This document shows, piece by piece, positions 1 through 14,140 of a stretch of DNA of 64,000 bases. Position numbers and translations under genes: made by a program. Below the pieces are notes generated by a model that searched no databases, was not told where the DNA came from, and worked only from the letters and a program-made list of their open reading frames with translations. Numbering within the stretch: the first letter of the stretch is position 1; each line of letters opens with the position of its first letter. The stretch is from Eledone cirrhosa (taxonomy: Eukaryota), in assembly GCA_964016885.1 (NCBI GenBank), contig OZ024742.1, positions 116,560,001 to 116,624,000 on the forward strand, in the 5' to 3' direction.

Positions 1-350
1 CTTGTGTGCATTAAATTTCCCAGTGCTAAAACATCTCTTCCACTATCAATTAGGATCCCAACACAGTATAGGATGTGATGTATCAGCTTACAATAGCAAT
101 AAAAGAAATCAAGATGCGGTGACGATAACTAAATACATATGGATCCTAGAACTTCAGTATGTGCCCACTAAATTGTGTGTTTATTTCTAGTATTTCAGCT
201 AATTTTTCATATATTGTATTGTTTAATCTGTCTTTTGCGGAGGACGTGTTGTTATCTTAGCAACATTGAGTGTATTTTCGTTAAAGTTCCATATTAATTT
301 CTGTTGTCATTATAGAATATATTGTTATTGTTACTATCGTTATCATTATT

Positions 351-572
351 AGGGCGGTGGATTAACAGTATCGGTAGAGCGTCAAATACCATACTTTTGA
401 AGCATAGAGTTACGGCCCTTTACGTTCCCAAATCAAATCCTGCCTTACTTAGATTCGCCTTGCATCCTTACGGGGTCGATAAAATAAAGCACCAGTCACG
501 CACAGGAGTCGAGTTGATCGACCATCCCCTCTCACAATATTGCTGGTTATGTGCCTAAATCTGAAACCATTA
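351..572 (+). mobile_element. SINE family A (tRNA-like head plus Meta/MESC-like central domain)
   Basis: Head gggcggtggattaacagtatcggtagagcg, central motif GCCTTGCATCCTTACGGGGTCGATAAAATAAAGCACCAGT, tail GCTGG..GTGCCTAAA..GAAACCATTAT; the same layout recurs in many copies in the window. Confidence 0.85.
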
Positions 573-614
573 TCTAAACACACACGTGTGTGTGTGTGTA
601 TGTATGTGTGTATA

Positions 615-2090
615 CAACATCAATAAAGCCTTTTAAGGCCACTTCCCTGTAAAATCAGGGGTTTACCTTGCGCGTCCCATGAAAAGCTCCTCTATTTTCC
701 TTATTTTCTGCATCCCCCCTCACCAACCGTCTGATTTTCATTTCCACCCCCATCATGTTTACCATTTCTTTCTTGGTCTTCCTCTGTTTCTACTTCCGTC
801 CATATTCACTTCCATCACTCTTCCCACCCAGTCACTTTCATCCTTCCTCAAAACATCACCCAATCATTTCATTCCATTTCTCTTCACAACATTCATTACT
901 GGTTGTATTCCCATCATCTTTTGTGTTACTTACCTCATCCACCGGACCACCATCGTTCCATTTCTTTCCTGTTTTCACTGTTGCTCTCTGTTTACCATCC
1001 ATGTCTAGCTCCCATAATTCATGGCACTTCTCACGTTTGCAGCATATACTTTCCCCTTCACTTTCAGTGACCCAACCTCCCTTAATATACTACATGCACA
1101 TCTCACTGTAGATACTGTCGCAGTCAGATCCACCATCTTCATTCAACATGCATCCGAGGTAACATATACTTTTTTTCACTTTCCATCTTCACTCAATATC
1201 CAAGTTCCATTTGAACATCCTCTTTATCTCTAGCTTCTGCTACACTTTGTTGTAGCTTACACATTATTTATTAATCCCTTCACAACACTACATTTTCGAT
1301 GTACCCATCCAGTACAATTAATGAACACCCTTCCTGTACACTGCACATATCCATCTTCCTGTTCTTTCCATCTCACCGACATTCGTTTCCCCAATATTCA
1401 TTTCCATACCTTTTGCCCTAATGCGTTCCTTTCACTTATTCATCCTCCCCTTCAGACCATCGATACTCCTATTAACAACAGGTCATCAGCCTACAACAAC
1501 TCCAATGTTAAGCTTACCTTTACACATAGGACTGTGTACATTACAAGTAGTAATGGGCTTAATACTGTTTTCTGAAGTACTATAATCATTTCAAACTTTC
1601 CACTGTTCCCGTCCTTCGTTCTCATGACTGTACGCGCGTTTTCATACATTTTCATCACTCCTCTAACCAACCATTCTTGCCCATGTACTTCACCTGTAAC
1701 TGCTTCACAATAAAATTACATCCATCATTCCCCTTTCCGATATAAATCATTACTACATGGCATCACTTATTCCTTTTCCTCATTACTGACACGCTTTCCA
1801 ATACTTTTATATCAAGTTCCGATAACTTAATTGCTCTATACAAACGACAGTCTTAGGGATCGCCTTTTCCATTGTAAAGAGCGATGAGAGTACTAAATTC
1901 CAAATCCATTGGAATTCAGTCTTCTTTTACCACCAACTTCGAGAGGACCCGAAAGCAGTTTTGTTTTGTTTGTTACAATTCCTCTCAAAGGCCATGGGTC
2001 TGTCAGGTGTTGGTATCGGTTTAATCAACTTTGTTCCCCACCCATAAGTTATGGCTTTCTGCCATTGTTACGAATCAATACATTTCGTAT
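615..2090 (-). mobile_element. Decayed RTE-clade LINE with internal deletions
   Basis: Minus-strand translation gives LGDVLRKDESDWVGRVMEVNMDGSRNRGRPRKKW (RTE C-terminus, ~755-860) and ELL*ADDL (mutated YADD, ~1477-1503); many stops. Confidence 0.8.
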
Positions 2091-3294
2091 CATGTTATTA
2101 AATGTTATAATAAATTGAATATCAAATAACATTTGAAATTTTAATTTTCTTTATTTAATCTATTCTATATTTATCATACCATAGTGTATTAGGTTTAGCG
2201 ATTAAATTCGGTGATAAACTGTCTGTCTGATAGACATACCTTCCCCACATCCACTCTAACGAAATATTAATTTACTACTGAAGCATTCCGCTTGCTTTTG
2301 TTATGAAGATGAAAGTAGAATGGGTTGAACTCAGTTTCTGTTGCTATCTATTTTCTGTGTCGTAAGATAGTCAAACAATCAAACAACCCGTCGTTGTATT
2401 CTACTCTATAGATAAACATGAAAACATAGATTCTATTACTCACAGTAACGGAAACTATTTGTCGCTGACAAGTGTCTATCTGTGGCGTTCTGAGCATACA
2501 TGATAAAGGCGTGGTGCATGAAACAGGCCTGTCATTTGGTGAACAAAGTCATAATCAAAGGAAATCAATGACACGCGAATGATACAGGAAAATATCACAT
2601 GTTCTTAAAGACAGAGGAAAGATAGCTATAATGATATAAGAAAAAAAATATTGAAAACACATACCAGTTAGGATTAAGGCTAAAACTGTGTTTATATATA
2701 TATGTGTGTGAGAGAGAGAGAGATAGATAGAGAGAGAGTGGGTGTCTGTTTGTATGTTTTTTTCTCTTTGTAGTGTTTGTTGTGACTGTTGGGTCAAAGT
2801 TGGATTTTGTTTGTTTCGTCTCTTTCAAAATCTGTGTTAATAGTACTGGACTGGGACTTTTTCTTGGGCCCAAAAGAATGAACAGCAGGAATTGAAAATA
2901 GAACAAAAAGAGCTGGAAGAAACAATATAAAGCACTTTCTCCGAAGCTCTAGCTAGCATTCTAATTGTTGTTAATTTAGGCGGAAATCCAGCAATTTTTG
3001 GGAGAGATGTAAGTCAATTATATCAACACGAGTAATTGACGGTACCTATGCTGGGCTGGTGCCCCATGTAAGGAAAAGGTCTTGTACTGTCATTGACATA
3101 AAGAAGCTGGTATTGGGTGTAGTATTCATTCAACCCGTGCAAGTATGAGATAACGGAAGTAAATCGTTATCTGTAACTTAAATATTAATAACCATTTCGA
3201 AATGTATCTTAGATTTCACATCCACCCTAAGCCAATTATCAGGATGCATATACTAGTATAGAGGGGTATATTAATAGTAATAATTTATTTTATG

Positions 3295-3565
3295 GGGAAG
3301 GTATGTGACCTAGGTCTAGTGATTATGGTGTTGCATTAAAGATCATTATGTCATAGGTTCGATTCTTGGATCGGGTGGTTCGTACTGTTCTTGTTAACTT
3401 CATGTTGCTCCAGTACATTCCGTAGCTGGGAGTTAACCTTGCGATAGACTGACACCATGTTCATGGGGATATCTTGTGCTTTTAGTCGCTTAACACCGAG
3501 GAAACTAGGATAAGCACCGGACTGATTAGCCTCCGGGCTTTCGAAAGAGAAAAAGCAGGCTATGA
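3295..3565 (+). mobile_element. SINE family C (tRNA head, CORE-like segment, distinct tail), with a long TSD
   Basis: A/B-box-like head, catgttgctccagt core, tail gaaactaggataagcaccgg shared with 8245-8482; flanked by near-identical gtatattaata(g/a)taataatttattttat. Confidence 0.7.
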
Positions 3566-4327
3566 TAAAGGGAGTATATTAATAATAATAATTTATTTTA
3601 TTGGCCACAATGAGGACAATATAAGGACAACTCTAACGATACTAATAAATAAAAAATATCAAACCAACCCAACAAAAGTAAATAATTTAGAATTTTTGAT
3701 TTCTGGTCGGGTAGAGGAAAATTATGACTTCGCCGCTGCTAAAGATGTCATGAACAGTGTTACAAAAATGACGACGAACAACCTTCGTTAAATATCTCAT
3801 AGCAGCAAAATTGAGCTATTTATCGAAAAAGATCTTCACGATAGCTTTAATGATGTGTTGCTATGGTGAAGAAATCTTTTAGTAAGATCTACGACGAGTA
3901 GTATATAACACGGATGCAGAGTGGGGAATATAACAGATATGTACACACACGCAAGTACACAAAACGACTGACACATACACACACATATATATACGTATGT
4001 ACCTATTTTAAAATTGCCAAAGACTTTACATTTTTTATTTTACTTTCTCTTCTTGTATAGTCACTTGGATCAGATTTCTTGGAACAACAGCAACAATAAT
4101 AATAGTAAATACATGTAAGAGAGAATCCTGTCATTAAATCGACCTGTTATATCTTTAAAATAGTGTATAAATACTAGAGTGATAAAGAATTTACTGACTA
4201 ACAGCATTATTACCGATCGTCAAACACACGTTTGGCGTGCCGACAGATATACATATTTCTCTCTATCATGTACATGTGTGCGTGTGCACATTTGCACAGA
4301 TATATCGGCATGCCGTTACAAGCACGT

Positions 4328-4362
<35 letters not shown>

Positions 4363-4752
4363 GACATACATATACATACATGCACGTGTGTCTAAATATG
4401 TTTTACTGTGTATCATTGACTGACATCAAAGAAATCATAAAAAACTTGCAGAAACATATTGCGCATTCGTCATTTCAGCAAAAATCGACATTTATAAGCT
4501 ATTCTGAAAATTGAGGGGAGGCATATATATATATATATATATGGGGGGGAGACTGTTATGTAGGTAACTACTTTCCAGATATTTTATGATTCTGATTTAC
4601 TAACACCTGCATTTTTTAAAAGAGGGAAAGATATATTTTGAAGGAGATTTTACTGCTATTTCTAGCGGATTGCGCAGCTTTATAGATACTCCATCTAAGC
4701 AGAGTTCAGCATTATATGTCATGTTGCCCATGAGCCAGTAGAACTCTATATA

Positions 4753-4805
<53 letters not shown>

Positions 4806-4842
4806 AGGAGGTTATAGTTCACTTGAAGCATTGTGTAATGAG

Positions 4843-4877
<35 letters not shown>

Positions 4878-5294
4878 CTGAAGCATTTATTTATGATTCA
4901 TTTACCTCATTTACTATCTGATGAAAATTAGGGTGTTAAGGTTTGTTCGTATGAAGTCCAGACTTTTCAGAAAATAGGTTTCCGTGGCAAGATATGTGTG
5001 GAGCTTTTCATTTGAATCTCCACCAAGGATTACCAAACCTTCAATGCTTATCCCATTATTAGCGTTCATTTATGTCTTAGACATAACGTCACAATATTTA
5101 GTGGAAGACAGGCGTAGGCGGTAATATCGTTCCAGCATTTCTTAACTGGTACTGAGTTTTCTTGAACCCGGAAAGATGAAAGGCAACGTCGGCTCAAAAC
5201 CTGAATTTATCCGATTGAATAACATAAAGTATGTTATCCCTAATACTACTTATTTACCCATTACACCCCGTCTTGATAATCAAACTGTTAATAT

Positions 5295-5515
5295 TGATTT
5301 CGAATTTAGGATCATTGCCAACAAATTTAATTAAATCAAAGGGCAAAATTGATTATATTAACCCCAATAATTCATTGGTACTTTATTGTATCTATCCTAG
5401 AAGGATGTAACGCCAAGGTGACTTCGATGGAGATTTGAACTGAGTATGCAAAGAGCCAGAATGTCGTAGTGTCATCTTTATTCGACATTCTACCAATCCT
5501 TATAATCCATCGCCT
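5295..5515 (-). mobile_element. SINE family A, old copy
   Basis: Reverse complement of the central motif (tggtactttattgtatctatcctagaaggatg) and head (ccatcgcc). Confidence 0.65.
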
Positions 5516-5683
5516 TTAGTCACACTGATAATATTAATAACTCCATTTCCTCTTTCCATCTTATATTTGTTTTTTCTCTTTATTCTTCAATTCCATCAGG
5601 CATTAATCTAGTTATGAAAGACTTAGGGAGCGTACGAAGGTGATTGGCCTCAATAGCATGTTGACAGTTGGCATTTATGCTTA

Positions 5684-5918
<235 letters not shown>

Positions 5919-6288
5919 TTCACTTCCATAGGGCCTTCTCCTTCATCGTTGAATATTTTGCCTTGAGCAGCGAGAATTAGACAAGATATAAACTTGTTTA
6001 CTTGTTTACAGTCAATCAGATTAGGTATATATTTGTTCCTTTAAACCTTGGTAAACATTTACCATCTTTTAACTCTGTTTCCCATCCGATTTCTCCCCCT
6101 CCCCAGCGCACAGATTTTTTTCTCTCTCTTTTCGATTACCATTGTGAAACAAAGAATATCAACTCGATGAAAAATTCCCGAAATCAGATTAAATAGTCAT
6201 ATTGGTTGTATGTTCAACATAACATGCTGAAAGGAAGAGCGGTGGCTAACTTTTGATGTCCTCTCATACATAATATCGGAGTAAAATA

Positions 6289-6325
<37 letters not shown>

Positions 6326-7114
6326 ACATGATATACAAACCTCACACATGCACACATAGCTTTCCACTCAGATTCACATAGAGATGCCTATACCCACTGA
6401 CTTGTGTAAATTATGTATGAAATAATTCTATGTATGACATATAAAAGTATGGCCATGGGAAATATATGTCATCAAGTGATGGCACTTAATATTAATGGCT
6501 TTCGGCTTCAGCTATTAAGAAATTGTGCAATACCAGACCAGATCCAGAGAGATACACATAAACACACACACACACAGAGTAGTAACAAGAATAACAAGTC
6601 ACCAAACAAATAAAAAATAGATATGTGTAAAAATTAAAAAAACATGGCCATCAAAAGAGGCTTACATAAATGAGATATGATAAATTTCCAGGGAATTTGT
6701 ATTCAGTTGAATGACTACACACAAATATTTGTCGATCCATTCTTACAACGCAAACTGCAAACTTAGCAAACGTGATTTTGGAGACAACATTTCTGTTTCT
6801 TTCCCTTATCGCAAGGGGAATTAAAACAAGGAAAACAAATGAACGAAGAACAAACAAATGCTCCAAATATTATCATTTTTCTATTTCATATTGATGAAAG
6901 GTACGATCGTTCCACTGAGAGATATACCTGCAATAAAGTAGATTTCAAAGCACGATATGGAATATGGAATCTAACCTTTTCTTATTTGCTGTCTCCGTTT
7001 TAGGGGAGAGTTTTCTTTTGTATTTCCAACTAAAGTTTCGATCTTTTCATATTCTTCACAATCTTTTTGGATTATTGGTCGAACATCGAACATAATATCT
7101 TTAGATAAACTGCT

Positions 7115-7745
7115 TTTAAATAGGACTTCCATGCCCTTTTTTTCGGCATCAGTGAAGGCAAGTGCTCCACTATTGTTTCTGACTCTCTTTTCCCCAACTA
7201 TATTTCAATATTCTCTAACGCGTACTTATGCAATCCAGAACACTACACGATATAGAGCATGTTAAATCTTTCTGCTTCTCTTCTTACTACGTATACTTGT
7301 TGTCGAATGTCTATAGTTATTTCATACTGCTTCCTGTTGCCACTTTTTTCCTGTCCATCCAGGCTTGTGCCTTTGCTTTTATGCCGTTACTTATTCAATG
7401 AATACACCACTACGCCACTTTCTGTCTTGCTTGGGCCTAGCTCCAGCCGCAGGCCTGGTCTGTTGTCTTCAGCAAGTGGTCTCGTTAACATTTACAGTTT
7501 TCATCCATGTTATAGTTCTCTAACTGCCTTTCCTTACTCTTTTACGCATCAGTTAGTACTTCTCTGAATATTCTGCCAGCTGAGGGTCCGTTCAAATTCT
7601 ATGTCATTCTCCAGCTCGTCTGTATCATCCATGTTCCTCTGACTGTTATTCTAATTAATTTGGTTTGGAAGGTTCTTTCTTCCACAAGGAAGGACTTTCT
7701 GATGAGCTTGATATCAATTTGGCTTGAATGCCCTCCCCACCACTG
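7115..7745 (-). mobile_element. Old RTE LINE fragment of the same family as 17890-20404
   Basis: Minus-strand translation matches the EN-RT linker of the 19576-20319 ORF (KA..AW....GNRKQY, GALAFTDAEK..AWKS versus GELALTSAEKKDAWKS). Confidence 0.7.
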
Positions 7746-7956
7746 ATTGGTAGATTATCAGACGATTAGTTTGTTTCCTAAAATTTGAGTTGCAAATGGT
7801 TAGGTCGTAAGTGTCACAAAACTCTCTAAGCCAAAACTCATTATTTTTCGTGCCATACCCTTATATATATACATATACATATATAGTTTACGTGTCAACA
7901 GACTATTTTCAATCAAGAATCTTGCAAAACAAATACAAAAGCAAGGTCTACATAAT

Positions 7957-8132
7957 TGTTTCTATTTTAGGCACAAGGCCAGCAATTACCAGTACATTAC
8001 TGGTACTTTATTTTATCGATGAAAGGCAAAGTTAACCTCGGCGGGATTTGAAATCAGAATGGCAAGGGCCGTAACTCTATGCGTCAAAGCATGGTGTCCG
8101 ACTCTCTACCGATACTGCCAATCCACCGCCCG
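7957..8132 (-). mobile_element. SINE family A with 18-bp TSD
   Basis: Family A reverse complement; TSD aagcaaggtctacataat at 7939-7956 and 8133-8150. Confidence 0.9.
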
Positions 8133-8244
8133 AAGCAAGGTCTACATAATGTGAGTGCGTACGTATGAGAGTATAAATATATATATATATATATGTGTGG
8201 GTGGGTGTGTCGATATTTATGTGTATATATATATATATATATAT

Positions 8245-8482
8245 GGTGGAGGCATGTGGTCTAGTGGTAAGGGTGTTGGACGTACGATCATAATGTCATG
8301 GATTCGACTGCTGGGTTGCGGGTTGTGTTCTTGAGCAAAACACTTCATTTCACGTTGCTCCAGTATACTCAGCTGAAAATGAGTCGTCCTGTCTAGGGAG
8401 TGGTCTTGGGCTTCAATCGTTTCACGCCATCAAACCGGGATAAGCACCGGCCAAATGAGCCTTCTGGCTTAAGACAGACTTT
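8245..8482 (+). mobile_element. SINE family C inserted in (TA)n
   Basis: Head ggaggcatgtggtctagtggtaagggtgttgg, CORE-like gtgttcttgagcaaaacacttcatttcacgttgctccagt, tail aaaccgggataagcaccggcc. Confidence 0.8.
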
Positions 8483-8535
<53 letters not shown>

Positions 8536-9039
8536 TTTTGTTGCATGTTTATTAAACACCCACTCAAAATGGAAGTGATAGAATGAAAGTGCCTAACAGT
8601 ATGTAATTATTTTTTCGTTAATACGTTATGAATTGCATCTAAACGGTATATTAACCCATGCACTATATGCAAGCTAGGCAATCTTTTAGTAATTTCAGAT
8701 TCAGCGTCAAGAACTGAAACATTCTGGATTTTTTTTTCATCTGATTGCATAATGGAACCATCATATCATTCGCCTGGATTTCATACCCTTTTGAGATATT
8801 TTATAGGCTTAGGTGTTGAAAACCTATTTTAAGTTCTTAAATGTTGATAATTATAAACACCTTAAGATAACATATTGAACAATATAAACATATTTACATG
8901 GTGTTGATCTCAGGTTAGAAATAGGTGGCTTTATTTCTGAACTGTTTTAAACCGCTTGCCATGAGCTCAAAGAGGTCAGCAGGCTTCAATATATCTTGGT
9001 TTTATGTGTCATTAAGTGACTGAGAATAGAAAATTTATA

Positions 9040-9225
9040 TTTGAACTGGATGCCAGCCCATTACAAAGTTAATCGCTTGCTGCTTTGGTGCTTATTGTTT
9101 AGCTCTGTAGACTGGAGCAATGTGAAATAAAGTGCCTTGTTCAAGAATACAATGTGTTGCCTTTTCATGGGGTCGAACAATGATCATGATACTAACATCA
9201 GTAACTACTTGGCCACGCATCTTCG
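9040..9225 (-). mobile_element. Degenerate CORE-type SINE (family C-like)
   Basis: actggagcaatgtgaaataaagtgccttgttcaagaatacaa is the reverse complement of the CORE-like segment. Confidence 0.65.
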
Positions 9226-9959
9226 TATCTAACAATAATATATCTACTACTCCTCTGACGCATATTACATGACCTTGAGTAGCCTACTTTAAGAACAATA
9301 GTTAACAGTTCAAATTTGTACTGGTATTCTGTACATGTCCAAGAATGAAACACGTGAAGACGACTGTTGATCTCAGATCGAACTGTGGTGTAGATAGAAA
9401 TATTAAGGAAAGAAAAAATATTTTATCTCTGAAGATAAGGTTGATAATCCGAAAAATTATAATCTTATTAACAACTCATCTTAGATATTTAACTGCATAT
9501 TTTGCTTCATATGAAGTAGTAGATTTTAGATGGAGGTGCTGTTAATGTCAACAGGGCTAATTAATATTTCGTATTAAGTAATTGATACTGTACTCTACAC
9601 CAGTGATAGGCAAACCGTTTTGAGAAGGCGAACCCCAAATTCCATTAGGTAAACACCATTTTAAATCATTTAATGTAAAAGAGAAATGAGTCACTTCTTT
9701 GGCATTATGAAGCTCAAATCATGTTGACCACCATCATATTGATATCGAATACTGACTGTCTACTTGGACAATGTTGTGCATCCCTGATCTACACAACCAC
9801 TTCCCAGTACTGTAACTCCCACAATATATTACACACAACCAACTCTCTCTTGTATAACCCCGACAACACATTAGTCGACCATCTCCCAGTACGGATGTTC
9901 ACACAATACATATTACACGTTTTTAATGAAATTAAAAGCCATCTCTCACATAAGCATAT

Positions 9960-10140
9960 TAGCCACATATTTTAGAAGGAAGGAATAATCAATTAGAATG
10001 ATCCAGTAAATCATTGGTACTTTATTTTATCTAGCCTGAAGTATAAAAGGTTAAGTTGACGCGGACAACATTTGTACTCAGATGCTTAAAGAGATCCAAC
10101 AAAAGCGCCACAAGGCTTTTTGTCTGACAATCTACAAAAA
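9960..10140 (-). mobile_element. SINE family A, old copy
   Basis: tggtactttattttatctagcctgaagtataaaaggttaagttgac. Confidence 0.6.
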
Positions 10141-11819
10141 CAGCCAATGGACCGCACATTTGAAAAAAATAATGACCAATACAATTAAAACAACCTTTCT
10201 AGGTAAACACACACATAACACTAGTTGTTAATACATTCTCAAAATGATTCAAAGTGAAAACTAAGGCCTTATAGGTTCATAATGTGTCATACGAATTGGA
10301 TTATCCATTATCTGTATAAACTCAAAGAAAGGAGAAAGAAAAAAAAAAAAAAAAATCTTCTCTAACAAACCAGTAATGTCTAATCCACATAACTCGACGT
10401 TCGTAAACATTTCAAGCTAAAAGAATGTATAAAGCATATTTGCAAAGCGAAATGATTTAATGTGCTGTGATTCAGTAGTAAAACAGTCACGCGCTAACAG
10501 CTTGCTATTATAATCTCTTCAAGTATCAACGAAGCAAATTTATGCTATTTTGGATTTGCGCTCAGGTTAGCCAAATGCATTCGTCTCACATACACATGCA
10601 CATACGCACGTATTTACACATGTAAACACACACTTGCACACGTGAGCATATATACGCGCACGTGCACACACGTGCATTGAGTTTTTCTTTTTCTGATTTG
10701 ACAGTCAGTGTTTTTAGTGAAGTTAAATCGATTAATTCCATAGGGGTTGCTTACTGGTACATATTCCATTAACTCCACTCTGCCAGCGAAGGAACCCCTA
10801 CGCCGACGATTGAAGTGTTAAAAGTATCAGCTAAATCTTCTCTCGATCATACCCTACCATGTTTAATAAAAGGAAAATAGGCATATTGTTAAAGTAGTCA
10901 TAGCTGTATAAAAACAATACGAGATGATCATAGCTGCTGACCATATGCCTGCTCACGTAGGGTACAATATATATTACTCAAGTGATAAAATATTACTCAA
11001 ATCATACCATAAGGACACATTGAACAAGTTATTGAGATATATTAAAAAAACAAAGAGTGGCTATGGTTTATGCAACTTTAATCATAGTTTAACTTGATCA
11101 CGGCTAACGTAGCGCTAAACTGGGGATAAATTTATAGAATAGGTAGAGTGTATGTGATAAGCAATGTGTTCTATTACCTATTAATCGGCCGATGCAAATT
11201 AACCAACTGTCGTAATTATGTAATTATGTGTTATGATATGAAAATGGATATTATAATTAATTGTATTCAGTACATTATTTTTCATGAGTAATCACAATTT
11301 TGGAGCTATTATTTAAAAGGACAGGATTACAAAAGTCAGGCTGATTTTACTTTACATATACAAACCTGCAAGAAATCGGTTATTATCTGAAAATGGGAAA
11401 ATGTTGATGATTTAACATTATAATTTATGAGTTCTTAAATTTGATAATTAAATTTTCGTTCTTGTTTGAGTAAGTTAAGATAACTGGGAAAACTTTGAAT
11501 AAATTTAATTAAGTATGCTTTCGGAATCTATATCATTTTATACTTAATTCCTTTTTAAAAGATCAATTAAACACATATCCTCTCAGGATCTCTCTTCAAT
11601 TTTGACCAGTTTTAATCTATGGGAAGTTACGTCCTCTTGGTACTCTTAAATAGTTTCCTGTTGTGTAGATCAGTGCGTTCGAGCTCTTGGAATACAGATA
11701 TATCACACTGGTCGCCTTAAAGATAATATATGGTTTTTGTGCTTTTTCACTTTGAATCCATCGTGTTTCCGAATTCCTCTGTCACCCATGATTTTTTTCT
11801 CTAACATATATGCATATTA

Positions 11820-12041
11820 ATAATGGTTTCTTACATAGGCACAAGGCCATCAATTTTGGAGGAGGAGAAAGTCGATTAAATCGACCCCAGCACGTTACTG
11901 GCACTTTATTTTATCGACCCCGTAAGGATGAAAGGCGAAGTTAACCTCGACGGGATTTGAACTCAGATCATAAAGGGCCGTAACTCTATGCTACAAAGCA
12001 TGACGTCGAACCCTCTACTGATACTGCCAATCCATCGCCCT
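11820..12041 (-). mobile_element. SINE family A, full length, 14-bp TSD
   Basis: Complete family A reverse complement; TSD atatatgcatatta at 11806-11819 and 12043-12056. Confidence 0.9.
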
Positions 12042-12084
12042 TATATATGCATATTACTGATAAAAACAATACTGTTCGATTACC

Positions 12085-12183
12085 AAAACTGATTATTCAG
12101 CAAAATACCAATATCAATTAATCGGCAAAATTGCCGATAATGCCGATGCCGATTATTTGTCGATTAATTGGTTCATCCTTAGT
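12085..12183. mobile_element. Probable DNA-transposon/MITE end with AATCGG/CCGAT subterminal repeats
   Basis: ttaatcggcaaaattgccgataatgccgatgccgattatttgtcgattaattggttcatccttag; pattern typical of hAT-like MITE termini. Confidence 0.4.
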
Positions 12184-12869
12184 TCTGAGTTTAAATATCA
12201 CCGAGATTAACTTTGAATTTTATCAATCTAAGTGTTGATGAAATAAATACCATTCAATATCAGCAATGTTCTACCTCCAAATTGTGTTACCTTGCGACTA
12301 TGCTAAAAATGATTATTTTATTCAAATATATTCACAAACATTTACACTATCAGTAAGAGATTGGTTTTATAAACGCTTTGGCTTAGTAAGAGCTTATGAC
12401 AGCTCTTGACCAATTTTCATAGCATATGTTATATTACTTATGGTTTAATAAGAAATAACCATCACGTAGTAAATATCAATGTGGCATTTTAAATGTTTTA
12501 TGATATATACATATATGTGTGTGTGTGTGTATGTCTCTGTGTGTGTACAATACTGAATAAATTGAACAAATGACTGAAGCGACCAAAAATAGAATATTTC
12601 ACACTTTTATAATTTGAAGGTAAACAATTCTTTTTCGTACAGTAGAAGTTTAAAACACCTTCCGGCACCGTCACCACCACTCTTTTTTCTCTCTGTCGCA
12701 CTCACACTCTTAACATCTCCTTTCTACGGAATTACTGAAATTTTAAATGTATTTTCTCCTGTAGTTCTCTCCCTCACTCTACGAAATTTGCTACATTTAG
12801 AGTTGGAGAAGGATGAGCTTCTCTAGATTAAAAATGCTCGAGGTACGTTGTAAGTCACAACTGTCTCCC

Positions 12870-13105
12870 TACAACTTCTTCGCCCACTTATTCCTGTGAA
12901 GTTCGAGAGGGCAAAGTACTCAAGACCGCTCTCTAGCAGATCCTGTGAGAAACAACCGTCTCTAATTGATGCGACAGGATCCCCAGGCGAAACCAGCCGA
13001 GCGCATGTACGTTATCCAACCATCTTGCTCGGGGGTCTATCCCTGGTCTCCTGCCGGTAAAATCTGTCCTGCGATTCTTTCCTTAGACTCTCATCGTACG
13101 TTCGT
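12870..13105 (-). mobile_element. 3' end of an RTE-like LINE (same family as 50800-51060)
   Basis: Reverse complement aligns by eye with 50800-51060, including the end ggaataagtgggcgaagaag. Confidence 0.7.
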
Positions 13106-13202
13106 ACGACGAGAAAATAAGAGGGCAAAATATATGGGTACTATATTCTAGAATGTATAATAATTTAATCATATATGCGCATAAAGCACGAAATCTAGTT
13201 GA

Positions 13203-13415
13203 TGTTTAGCCCTTGGTCAGCCTTGAATGAGCAAACCTATGATGAAAAGTAATCCTGCTGTAGTAATTCTGTCGTTGTGTTTTATGACAGTGTATCTGGA
13301 ATTACATTAGTTATGTCTCGTTCATTTTTAAATATAGCAGTGTATTATTTGAGAAGTATTTAGCTTTTATATCTACCAATTTCAGAGAACATGAAGACGC
13401 CACTTCATTGCTTTA
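13203..13415 (-). repeat. Dispersed repeat family D (no tRNA head seen)
   Basis: gtttagccc..ggtcagcc..tgagcaaacctatgatgaaa...attacatt...; further copies near 10785, 11010, 13945, 15750, 34945, 53441, 57055 and 57390. Confidence 0.7.
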
Positions 13416-13712
13416 TAACGTTCTTAACATTCATGAAGTGTTTATGAAATGTAGGAAGATGTTGTCTCCCCCTGTGCAACTTGTCCACTTATTGTTGTTT
13501 TTTATGATGATGATGATGATGATGATGGTGATGATGATTCTCCCCTTCCTTCTCTTCCTCCTCTCTCTGTATTAATATCATTTCCAATTTAAGACATAGT
13601 GAATCTAGGACTGCATAATTCAATGTGCTCATTCCTTTTAATGTCGATAGTGTGGTTTGAAGGAAATTTGTGTATTATATCAAGTGGTTGACGCGGCCAA
13701 GTATCCTTATTT

Positions 13713-13893
13713 GTGGCAGTATCGGTAGAGGGTCGGACGCCATGCTTTCCAGCATAGTTACGTCCCTTTACGATCTGAGTTCAAATCCCGCCGAGGTTGA
13801 CTTTGCCTTTCATCCTTACGGGGTCGATAAAATAAAAGTACCAGTAATGCACTGGGTAATTGCTGGCCTTGTGCCTAAAGTAGAAACAATTAT
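13713..13893 (+). mobile_element. SINE family A, young short-type copy
   Basis: Near-identical to 60315-60499; CpGs retained. Confidence 0.9.
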
Positions 13894-13944
13894 TTGTCAA
13901 CCCACCTATATTAACACTTTATTTCCTTACAATCAATTAATCAA

Positions 13945-14140
13945 AAAGTGAGCCTCTATAGGGTCACTCGGATTGTTTTAAATAGCAACTAAATCACCCT
14001 CAAATTGAACACACGATAACTACATATTGAATAATGTAACTTTATACATGTTATATCCGAAAAAGGCCAGGTTATTAATTTTAGGATCCCTTTGATCATA
14101 CCTCTGGTCTATTTAGACACGGCTGGTTTGGGGTTAAACA
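13945..14140 (+). repeat. Dispersed repeat family D
   Basis: gagcctctata..gtcactcg..aaatagcaactaaatcaccctcaaat...tttgatcata...ggggttaaacaa. Confidence 0.65.

Noticed and set aside
2330-2600. Repeat-free block with TGACA and GTTGCTA motifs, enhancer-like (similar blocks at 5920-6260 and 10380-10560)
   Set aside because: Short motifs alone do not establish regulatory function; needs conservation or ATAC data
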